A stretch of DNA of 39,289 bases. Source: a virus. Taxonomy: Duplodnaviria > Caudoviricetes. The notes beneath the pieces were generated by a model, which saw only the letters and a list, made by a program, of their open reading frames with translations, ran no database searches and was not told the DNA's origin. Both the position numbers and the translations under genes were made by a program. Positions 6,574 through 14,289 of the stretch are shown here, one piece after another. The first letter of the stretch is position 1; each line of letters opens with the position of its first letter. Where the stretch lies: positions 1-39,289 of the IMG/VR virus record IMGVR_UViG_3300044477_000069; one strand, given 5' to 3'.

Positions 6574-7481
6574 AATAAATCACCTTCCTTTTTTTCGCGT
6601 CCGATGATAGGCGCTTTTTTTTCTTCGGGATCTGGAATATCTTCAACGGTTTCCGCCGGCTTCATTTTTTCGGCCTGATTATTCAGACGGTCGGAAGTCC
6701 TGGAAGAAATATCTTCGATAGGCGGTTCGTCATAGTAATTCGATGCAACCATGGCCAGTCCTTTTGCTTCCATAACGGCTTTTTTCAGTAAATACTTGGC
6801 CGCCGTTTTTTTCCACATTTCAAATTCTGATTTCGCCCATGCTGGCATTAAATTTCCTGTTGACGATTTCATCATCGAATATTTTTCGTTTATGTCTTTG
6901 ACTTTTGCCTGTGTTACAAATGGGATTTCGCGCCGACCATTGATATAATCTAATTCGGCATACCATCCGACTAACGCGCCCCGATCCTTGAACGGCTCAA
7001 AATTGTGAAGCGTGATTTTGTTTGCCATGTCGATCCGGAAATCGTCTTTATCATAAACGGGAATTATTTCCGGCTCATGTTGAAGAACTGCGCCATCTCC
7101 GTGCGTAGCACAAAAAGCCAGGCCCTCAGCGGACGGGACCATGACGGCTTTTCCTTCTTTTTTCGCAATATGAAAATGAGGATAAATCCCGCCGGGTTGA
7201 AGTCCCATAATCGCGGCATCTGATAACGCCTTGTAAACGGAGAAAAGTCCTATCTTTGTTGATATCACGTCTCGGATAACGTCGTTATTAGAAATCCAGA
7301 CAATTGCCCTTTGCGTCCAGGTTGATCCGGCATCGCGGACGCTTTTTGCCGCAACGTGCATTATATCGGATTCCATTTTCGACATCATTTCCTCAAGGCC
7401 TTTTCGGCCAACATTTACCAGTGAGAAAAATTCGGCTTCGGTCTGATTTTCTTTTTTCTGTATTTGTGTTTTATCTGACAT
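6570..7481 (-). CDS. recT: RecT/Red-beta-family single-strand annealing protein
   Basis: AAIMGLQPG, VYDKDDFR, PAW..EFEMWKKTAAK motifs; near YqaJ and SSB; ATG 7481 with RBS AGGAG. Confidence 0.8.
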   Translation of the reverse strand: MSDKTQIQKKENQTEAEFFSLVNVGRKGLEEMMSKMESDIMHVAAKSVRDAGSTWTQRAIVWISNNDVIRDVISTKIGLFSVYKALSDAAIMGLQPGGIYPHFHIAKKEGKAVMVPSAEGLAFCATHGDGAVLQHEPEIIPVYDKDDFRIDMANKITLHNFEPFKDRGALVGWYAELDYINGRREIPFVTQAKVKDINEKYSMMKSSTGNLMPAWAKSEFEMWKKTAAKYLLKKAVMEAKGLAMVASNYYDEPPIEDISSRTSDRLNNQAEKMKPAETVEDIPDPEEKKAPIIGREKKEGDLF

Positions 7482-7482
7482 T

Positions 7483-7665
7483 TTAGATTCTCCTATAAAC
7501 ATTCAGACCGACAACGACATCGCCGGAATCTGTATTGATCGTGCGGTTTCCATGCGTGGAAGAAATGACGTTTGTTTTCCCTGATTTTGAAGGCGATCCT
7601 TTTTCGTCAAGGTCGATTTCAATTGTCATTTTGTTGCCGATAACGGTGATTTTTGGCTCTTGCAT
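7483..7665 (-). CDS. Small phage protein (60 aa)
   Basis: MQEPKITVIGNKMTIEIDL...PSKSGKT.VISSTHGN...VGLNVY; RBS AGGAG at ATG 7665. Confidence 0.65.
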   Translation of the reverse strand: MQEPKITVIGNKMTIEIDLDEKGSPSKSGKTNVISSTHGNRTINTDSGDVVVGLNVYRRI

Positions 7666-7679
7666 TTTTTCTCCTAAAA

Positions 7680-7837
7680 ATGACGCCGGGCTTCTCACCC
7701 GGATTGTATGTCTTTGGATTGGATTGTATCCCAATACGGCCCCATCATGAAACATGGTAACCGATCATAATTATTGCAGGTTTTCACTGCGGGCCATGTC
7801 GCGATCATGTCTAGCGTCTTTTTTTCCGCTCCGTCAT
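7680..7837 (-). ncRNA. tRNA-like structured element (not a canonical tRNA)
   Basis: Acceptor-like stem 7832-7837/7680-7685, D-arm-like AGCG/CGCT, T-arm-like CCGGG-TGAGAAG-CCCGG, ~110-nt structured insert. Confidence 0.5.
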
Positions 7838-7864
7838 GGTTTAGTTAACATCTTTCCTATGCCG

Positions 7865-8126
7865 TGGCCTTTCTTGATTTTGTCCAATTGCGTTTGATAA
7901 TTAAATTATCCAAAAAGCAACGACAGGGCTTCGTTATCCACGTCTTCACCGAAACCAGCTATCTTTCGGTAAGGATTTATCGCGTTAGGAGAATTGAACC
8001 CTATTTGATTATTAGGTTTTTGCCATATAATCAAAGTAGACCACCACACGCGATAGGCGGGCTTTTCCGCCTTGGCAAATAAAAACAAAGTTGCTTCCCA
8101 GGCCAGACCATAAATCAACGATTTAT
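7865..8126 (-). ncRNA. Putative large structured ncRNA
   Basis: Eight mutually compatible nested or tandem inverted repeats of 6-9 bp in a gap without a convincing ORF. Confidence 0.55.
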
Positions 8127-8137
8127 ATAATCCGAAT

Positions 8138-8365
8138 CTAAGAATCGCAAAAAATACTGCCATCATGAATATGACGTGCCAGACATTTTGACGAAGGATC
8201 GCCCGGCACGTGATATTCAAATTTCACAATCCCCAAAAAATCGACAATATCGAATCCGTCCTCGAGAGTTTTTAATTTTGGCATCGGTTCCAATTTCTGG
8301 CCCGGGTGACGATTAAATGCATCTTGTAAAAGTTGATTTTTAATCTTATCGATTTGATCTGTCAT
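8138..8365 (-). CDS. Hypothetical protein, first gene after promoter 8400-8427
   Basis: RBS GAGGAG/AGAGG; downstream of promoter. Confidence 0.65.
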   Translation of the reverse strand: MTDQIDKIKNQLLQDAFNRHPGQKLEPMPKLKTLEDGFDIVDFLGIVKFEYHVPGDPSSKCLARHIHDGSIFCDS

Positions 8366-8399
8366 CCTCTTGGCTCCTCTCTATACTCTAATATACTAC

Positions 8400-8427
8400 A
8401 GTATACACGCAAAAAACCGGCTGTCAA
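8400..8427 (-). promoter_or_regulatory. sigma70 promoter
   Basis: TTGACA-16bp-TATACT. Confidence 0.7.
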
Positions 8428-8430
8428 TAG

Positions 8431-9522
8431 TTATTTTTCACATTTTAGCCGAATTTCTCGCCATTCTGACTTTTTTATCAGTCCATCGTCTTCTAGCTTT
8501 TTTACGATATCGGGAACCTCTTTTAAAGCGTTTTTGTATGAAATAGTATACTTTTCTTTTTTGTAGGATTTTGCCAAATCATCGCCCGAAGCCGACCGCA
8601 ATACCTCATTTTCTCCGATCAGGATTCCAACGGCGTTTTTAATATCGTCCTGCTCTTCTTTTAACTCTTTCATCCTTTCCGAAATTCGCCCGTATTTTTT
8701 GATCATTTCCTTAACCCTGATTTTATCATCCCCGCCGATTACGGCAGAAGTGTCATTTTGATCAGGCCAAAGTATCTGAATATCGTTCCACGTTTCCGGG
8801 CTTGGCGGCGTCTTATTTTCGACTAGACGCCAAAACCGTTCCGCAAGGGCTAAACAATTCTGTTGAGTTTTTAAATCCTCAATGATCGGGCCATAGATGC
8901 GAAAATCGCCTTGGTCGATCTTGACGGCGACAAATGCTTTTTTAATGTGATAACAGAAAAGTTGCCATTGAACTTGTAGATAAACGGCGTCCGGTATTCC
9001 TTGATAGCTTAAATCGTCGGGATCGTATCCGGTAAAAATCTGACCTTTTCGTCGTTTCCCGGCCATTGCTCCGGTTGTCTTTGCTTCAATGATAACCGTT
9101 TCAATTCCTTGTTCTATTATTATTTTATCGTCGAATTCTTTTGTGATTTCGCACGGATAATTTTCCGTCACAAGGTCGGCATGTGCAAAGCAAAAAGGCA
9201 TATTTTTCCGATGTTCTTCTGTAAAACAATAAAAACCAAAGCGCGATTTTTGACGCATGTAATACGGTAAAAATTCATCGGCCATGACTTCGGAAATCCT
9301 CTGAGAAATAAATTCATGAAGAATGAGTCCCTCTTCTTTTTTTCCCCAGTACGTATTCGCGTTGCCTTCCCATGGTTCATCTAGTCCCATTTTTTGACGC
9401 CATAAAGTCAGAGGAGTTGAATTATATTTTTTTGTAAGTCCTGCAAGAATTGGGATATCGCTTGCACCTACGCCAAAACGCCTAGAGGCGTGAAAATCTT
9501 TTATTTTATCGTATCGCTTCAT
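8431..9522 (-). CDS. YqaJ-like viral recombinase/exonuclease
   Basis: RRFGVGASDIPILAG...TPLTLW..KMG; AHAD...IIEAKT; IPDAVYLQVQWQL. Confidence 0.9.
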   Translation of the reverse strand: MKRYDKIKDFHASRRFGVGASDIPILAGLTKKYNSTPLTLWRQKMGLDEPWEGNANTYWGKKEEGLILHEFISQRISEVMADEFLPYYMRQKSRFGFYCFTEEHRKNMPFCFAHADLVTENYPCEITKEFDDKIIIEQGIETVIIEAKTTGAMAGKRRKGQIFTGYDPDDLSYQGIPDAVYLQVQWQLFCYHIKKAFVAVKIDQGDFRIYGPIIEDLKTQQNCLALAERFWRLVENKTPPSPETWNDIQILWPDQNDTSAVIGGDDKIRVKEMIKKYGRISERMKELKEEQDDIKNAVGILIGENEVLRSASGDDLAKSYKKEKYTISYKNALKEVPDIVKKLEDDGLIKKSEWREIRLKCEK

Positions 9523-9530
9523 TCTGCCAC

Positions 9531-9731
9531 CTAATCACTTGAATCAATCGACCACGAAATACCGCACGTATGGCAGATAGTCTTATGATAGCATCGCCCC
9601 AAAGTCCTGCTTTCGATTTCGTGCTTGTTTCCTTTTTCAATGTCTTCCCGACATTTTTTATACAATTCCGGGCCATTATCAAAACCGCCCCAGTCGTTTA
9701 CATATCCTAGATCAATTATTTGTTTTTCCAT
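9531..9731 (-). CDS. Small Cys/His (Zn-ribbon-like) protein
   Basis: C...H...C...CHTC; operon packing. Confidence 0.6.
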   Translation of the reverse strand: MEKQIIDLGYVNDWGGFDNGPELYKKCREDIEKGNKHEIESRTLGRCYHKTICHTCGISWSIDSSD

Positions 9732-9735
9732 TTCC

Positions 9736-9921
9736 TCACACTCCTATTTCAGTTTCCCATGAAATCGCGCAATCAAGGCAAACCATTAGAACAACGTTCC
9801 CGATTTCCTTTGATTCGACTTTATGCCTGACATTGGCCGTCATGTGTTTGAAAAATTCATCCGGCTCTGTAATCCATTTTTTTGATTTTCCTAAATGTTT
9901 TACTTCGGTAATTTGGATCAT
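9736..9921 (-). CDS. Hypothetical protein
   Basis: ATGA overlap with helicase; CxxC. Confidence 0.55.
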   Translation of the reverse strand: MIQITEVKHLGKSKKWITEPDEFFKHMTANVRHKVESKEIGNVVLMVCLDCAISWETEIGV

Positions 9922-11378
9922 CCTGTTTTCCTCCTGGTATTATTTACATAATCCCATGCCCAACGGGCATACCCTTGTTTATATCCAACGGCCTCGGCCA
10001 ATGCCTGCAACGTCTGCAATCCTTTATCACCATGAACGGCGAGAGAAAAAGCACGGCCTAAAATTGCTTTTTGTTTTGTCTTTGAGTCCATAGTCTGACA
10101 GTTACGAATAAAAATCGCCTCTTGTTCGGCTTCGTTTTCATCAAGTCCCGCGTCGATCAATTCACCTTCAATAATTTCAATCGGTTTTGATTCTCTTCTA
10201 GGAGCTTCTTTAAACTCAAAACCACACGCAGGACATTTTGAAATCTTGCCTGGCCATATTCCAAAGCATTGAGGGCATGCCGTTGTTTCCGGATTTTTCA
10301 TGTCTTTGACGGATCGTTTTTTACTTTCAAGGCTCCAATCCCGATCCGCTAAAACGTGACCATGAAGATGCCAGTTTCCGACATGATCCAATATAATCGC
10401 CTCTGTTTTTCCAGGACATGGTCGCAATGCACGACCGACAATTTGAAGATATAAAGCAAGCGACGCGGTACGCCGTAATAATATGACACCTTTTAAAATA
10501 GGAACGTCGACGCCTTCCCCGATCAAATCGCAAAAAGTAACAAGTTGAACATTACCATTCCCGAGTCCATTTATCGCATATTCGCGTTCATTGTCCTTCA
10601 TGTTTCCCCAGACCGCTTTTGCACGATATCCGGCGGCGGCAAATTGCGTAGCCATTAAGTGAGCATGTTCTAGCGTTGCACAGGATACGATACAAGGTTC
10701 TCCGTCCATGTGCTTTTTATAATGGGAAATTGCATCGCCGACAATTGATTTTTGAGACATAAAATTCTGTTGCTCTTGCGTGTCGAAGTCTCCGCGCTTC
10801 AAGTGATAATCAACGGTTATTTCGTTCGGCGGCCTATAGAGTCTTGGATAAGCAAGCCACCCGTCAGCCACAAGATTTTTTATACTTGGTCCTAAAACCA
10901 TCGACTCAAAACAATCGCCAAGCCCTACGCCGTCAAGCCGTTCGGGTGAAGCGGAAAATCCGATGTGTAGAGAATCTTTCCAATAATTATGAATTGTTTT
11001 GTAAGTCGGAGAAGTGCTATGGTGCGCTTCGTCTGTTATGATTATATCAGGACGCCGGATCGATCCGATCCTATGGATCAAAGTCTGAACGCTTGCCACC
11101 TGGACAAGATCAGATGTCGGATGTTTACCGGCGGCAATTTGTCCGGCGGTAATTCCATTATTGAAAAAACTTTTTAAAATCTGTCCGATGATTTCTTTTC
11201 GATGAGCTAAAACTAAAACACGTTTCCCAGAGTTTTTCGCTCCGTTGACCATGTATGTGAAGCATGCAGTTTTTCCAGATCCAGTCGGAGAAACGGCGAG
11301 AATAGATTTTTTCCCTTTGCGCATTTCTACGCGGATTTTTTCGATTAGTTCCTCTTGATATGGCCGGAGATTAATCAT
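9918..11378 (-). CDS. SF2 DEAD/H-box helicase with C-terminal Zn ribbon (RadD/YejH-like)
   Basis: LRPYQ, SPTGSGKT, DEAHH, SASP, EGVDVP, QIVGRALR, CPQC...CPACG. Confidence 0.95.
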   Translation of the reverse strand: MINLRPYQEELIEKIRVEMRKGKKSILAVSPTGSGKTACFTYMVNGAKNSGKRVLVLAHRKEIIGQILKSFFNNGITAGQIAAGKHPTSDLVQVASVQTLIHRIGSIRRPDIIITDEAHHSTSPTYKTIHNYWKDSLHIGFSASPERLDGVGLGDCFESMVLGPSIKNLVADGWLAYPRLYRPPNEITVDYHLKRGDFDTQEQQNFMSQKSIVGDAISHYKKHMDGEPCIVSCATLEHAHLMATQFAAAGYRAKAVWGNMKDNEREYAINGLGNGNVQLVTFCDLIGEGVDVPILKGVILLRRTASLALYLQIVGRALRPCPGKTEAIILDHVGNWHLHGHVLADRDWSLESKKRSVKDMKNPETTACPQCFGIWPGKISKCPACGFEFKEAPRRESKPIEIIEGELIDAGLDENEAEQEAIFIRNCQTMDSKTKQKAILGRAFSLAVHGDKGLQTLQALAEAVGYKQGYARWAWDYVNNTRRKTG

Positions 11379-11739
11379 CTATAAACCCTTTCCCCTCTTT
11401 GTAAATCGCTGCATATCCGCCCGCGTCCTTGACCTGTTTTAAAAAGTTTTTTTGGTCTTTTGTCAAAGTCGGATATGCTTTTGTTTTCACTTCAACAGCG
11501 CAAAATTGAGCTATTTTTTTCCCGTCAATTTCAAGAGGACGCCATCCAATCAAATCAGACGCGCCATCAGTCAACCCAAAACTAACACGATGAGCATTTA
11601 AAATCCTAGCAACGCCTTTTATATAGTCGATTAATTTACCGACCCATCCAACGCCTCGAGAGTTGCGAAAAAGACGCCATCCCATTGGTGAGACTTTTAA
11701 TTGAACCTCTTTAATAATAGGATTTTCTTGATTCGTCAT
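11371..11739 (-). CDS. VRR-NUC domain nuclease
   Basis: G.SDLIG...AVEVKT....LTKDQKNFL..VKDAGG. Confidence 0.85.
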   Translation of the reverse strand: MTNQENPIIKEVQLKVSPMGWRLFRNSRGVGWVGKLIDYIKGVARILNAHRVSFGLTDGASDLIGWRPLEIDGKKIAQFCAVEVKTKAYPTLTKDQKNFLKQVKDAGGYAAIYKEGKGFIDD

Positions 11740-12065
11740 TTTTTTGACCTGAATTTTTTTATCTTGATTTTAAGTCGTGGAATATCTAATCGCCAAGCGG
11801 TAAAAGCTTCAAATCTCGCGCCCTTGCTAAAAATCCACCCAGACAATAGATAAATATAATCAGAAGCCATCAGTTTTGGTAATGATTGTTTCATAAAATA
11901 GTTCCATATATCTTTATCGCTTAATCCTTTTATATTTTTAGGATATTTATTTTTTGCCGGATTTATAACGGTAAACCCGGCTATTCTTAATTCGTTTTCG
12001 TAATATGCAAATCGTTCTATATAATTTTTTGACTTTGATATTTTACCAGATAATAGTATTGTCAT
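11736..12065 (-). CDS. DUF4406-like (nucleoside deoxyribosyltransferase-fold) protein
   Basis: ILLSGKIS...GFTVINPA...SDYIYLLSGW..SKGARFE; likely start ATG 12065. Confidence 0.75.
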   Translation of the reverse strand: MTILLSGKISKSKNYIERFAYYENELRIAGFTVINPAKNKYPKNIKGLSDKDIWNYFMKQSLPKLMASDYIYLLSGWIFSKGARFEAFTAWRLDIPRLKIKIKKFRSKK

Positions 12066-12069
12066 ATTT

Positions 12070-14274
12070 TTATTCCTTATCAAACCCAAGTAATCCGCTT
12101 CCTTTTTCAACTTCTGCCCGGTTAAGATTCTCGACCATCTGATTAAAATATTCCGGCTTTAATTCAAGCATTACTGCTTTTCTGTTGTTCAAAATAGCTT
12201 GATATCCTACCGATCCGATGCCGCCAAATGGATCAAATACAATTTCACCGTGATTACTCCAAAGCTTTATACAGTTTTCGATTGTATCCAGTTGAAGCGG
12301 GCATACATGCTTTTCGTCGTTTTCGTGTTTAATAGTGTTTAGTGTCCGTGTCTCACGTACAGACGGCCAATATCCAGAAGCCAATTCGATCCACTTGTCA
12401 CGGCTTATTTCTCCATTATCGCCGTTTTGAATCGGTATTTTATTTTCTCCAGGCTTTCGGAATTTAATAACGTAATCAGGCAAGGCGGGCCTACTCATCG
12501 CGGAATCTTTTTCAAATTGCGAAAACGTCAGTCCGATAGCCCGAGTTCTAATCGATTGAGCCTGTGGATTTTTTGGAATGATTGCTTCGTTATCATAAAT
12601 AAAACCATGCTTTTCGTAGTGCCTAATTAAATCACCTCTAAAATCTTTTAATCCGATATAACCGTCAACAGCTTTTCTTGTCGGAACATTCATGCAATGA
12701 ACGGCCATGACGCGGCCTGATTTCAAAACCCTGAAAAGTTCAGGTGTTAAAAACTCCATATGCTTCCAGAATGTTTCATCGTCTGGATTATTCCCAATAT
12801 CACGCGGACTAGGTGAATAAGTATACAGTGAAAAAAACGGCGGAGAAAAAACAGTCAAGTCAATTGATTCATCATTCAACTTTTTAATCGTCTCGATATT
12901 GTCTCCCATAATTGCGCGGTATGATTCTCCGCTTTCTTCTTTAATTTCCATCTTGTCCATAGATTCTCCTTTTATTTTTCCTAGTTCTTCTAGTTCGTAT
13001 TTCTGAATTTCCCTGATTACGCTATCATATAATTCAGCGGTATGTAATTCTTTTTTCAGCACATTATGATAAATAATCTGCTCAGAGATTGTTAGGAATA
13101 TTTTAACATTAACTTTTTCTTTTTGCCCATACCGATAACAACGTCTAATGCATTGGTAATAATATTCGTAGCTGTCCGACAGTCCGATAAAAGCTATATT
13201 ATGGCAGTTTTGAAGGTTAAGCCCAAAAGCCCCGACTTTAGGCTTTGTGATTAATGTTTTAATCTTTCCGGCTTTGAACTCTCTTAAAACTCTAATCTTG
13301 GTTTCTAATTTATCACTGCCTTGTAAATTAAAACTATTATCAATAAACTTTTGCGCTTGGCTGGCCTCATCATTAAGCCCGCAAAAAATTAACCATTGTT
13401 CATCAGTTGCGTTTACATGATCGGCCAGTATCTTAACTTTATCGGCGATTGTATTCCGTCGAATATTTATCCGGCCTTGAATTCCTTTGACTTCTGTTGA
13501 CGGGAATAATTCACCGTAAGGAATATATTCTGTATTAAGCCAAATCGGATCAATTGATAATTCCGGCAAAATATACCCATCATCTGAAAAACCAATGTCT
13601 GAAGGTTTGCGCAGAAACATTGCCCACGATGACATAAACTTATAAAAAGCGTTTTTCGCGTGTCCTTTTAATCTGTATTCCCCTGCATCGGCGTCATTGA
13701 TAAAATACTTCGACTTGATTTCCTTTTCAGACATGATATTCAAAAACTCTACTTGTGAGCATATTTCTACAATATCATTAGGCGATGGCGTGGCAGTGCA
13801 TGATAATTTATATTTCACATCCTTAAACGTTTCTATAATTTTTCTTTTTGTTTTACCATCAATTGATTTTAAAATACTCGATTCATCCAACACGATGGAA
13901 TCAAAATACTTGTCAGTAAATCCATCAAGCCGTTCATAGTTTGTAATATTTATTCCAGCCACGTATTGAGATTCATTTTCTATATAGGTTACTTTATATC
14001 CAAGTTTTTCGGCCTCTAAAATTGTTTGATCCGTCACAGATAACGGTGCAATGATTAAACAATTGCCACCTATTAAATGCGCCCATTCAATTTGCATAAA
14101 ACTTTTCCCGGTTCCGCAATCGGAAAAAATAGCGGCTTTCCCTTTTTTGACTGCCCACTTTACAATGGCCCGTTGAAAATCAAATAATGTTTTATTAATT
14201 AAATTATTCTGAATATCAAATCCGCGCGCAAAATTAAAATCTGTCTTTTTTCTCAAAAACTCTGCATAGCTCAT
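12070..14274 (-). CDS. SNF2-like helicase fused to an N4/N6 DNA methyltransferase
   Basis: N-terminal DCGTGKS, LDESS, TATPSPN, QCIRRCYR; C-terminal FSPPF, HVCPLQ, FDPFGGIGS. Confidence 0.9.
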   Translation of the reverse strand: MSYAEFLRKKTDFNFARGFDIQNNLINKTLFDFQRAIVKWAVKKGKAAIFSDCGTGKSFMQIEWAHLIGGNCLIIAPLSVTDQTILEAEKLGYKVTYIENESQYVAGINITNYERLDGFTDKYFDSIVLDESSILKSIDGKTKRKIIETFKDVKYKLSCTATPSPNDIVEICSQVEFLNIMSEKEIKSKYFINDADAGEYRLKGHAKNAFYKFMSSWAMFLRKPSDIGFSDDGYILPELSIDPIWLNTEYIPYGELFPSTEVKGIQGRINIRRNTIADKVKILADHVNATDEQWLIFCGLNDEASQAQKFIDNSFNLQGSDKLETKIRVLREFKAGKIKTLITKPKVGAFGLNLQNCHNIAFIGLSDSYEYYYQCIRRCYRYGQKEKVNVKIFLTISEQIIYHNVLKKELHTAELYDSVIREIQKYELEELGKIKGESMDKMEIKEESGESYRAIMGDNIETIKKLNDESIDLTVFSPPFFSLYTYSPSPRDIGNNPDDETFWKHMEFLTPELFRVLKSGRVMAVHCMNVPTRKAVDGYIGLKDFRGDLIRHYEKHGFIYDNEAIIPKNPQAQSIRTRAIGLTFSQFEKDSAMSRPALPDYVIKFRKPGENKIPIQNGDNGEISRDKWIELASGYWPSVRETRTLNTIKHENDEKHVCPLQLDTIENCIKLWSNHGEIVFDPFGGIGSVGYQAILNNRKAVMLELKPEYFNQMVENLNRAEVEKGSGLLGFDKE

Positions 14275-14289
14275 TTTTCAAGTCTCCTT

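Noticed and set aside
7680-7837. Canonical tRNA or tmRNA
   Set aside because: No GTTCRA T-loop, no anticodon arm, no CCA, no tmRNA acceptor identity or tag ORF
7906-8220. Listed 104-aa (-) and 7864..8082 (+) ORFs
   Set aside because: Non-ATG starts, no clear RBS, overlap with 8138..8365 (minus ORF), and dense helix content favours ncRNA; not fully excluded
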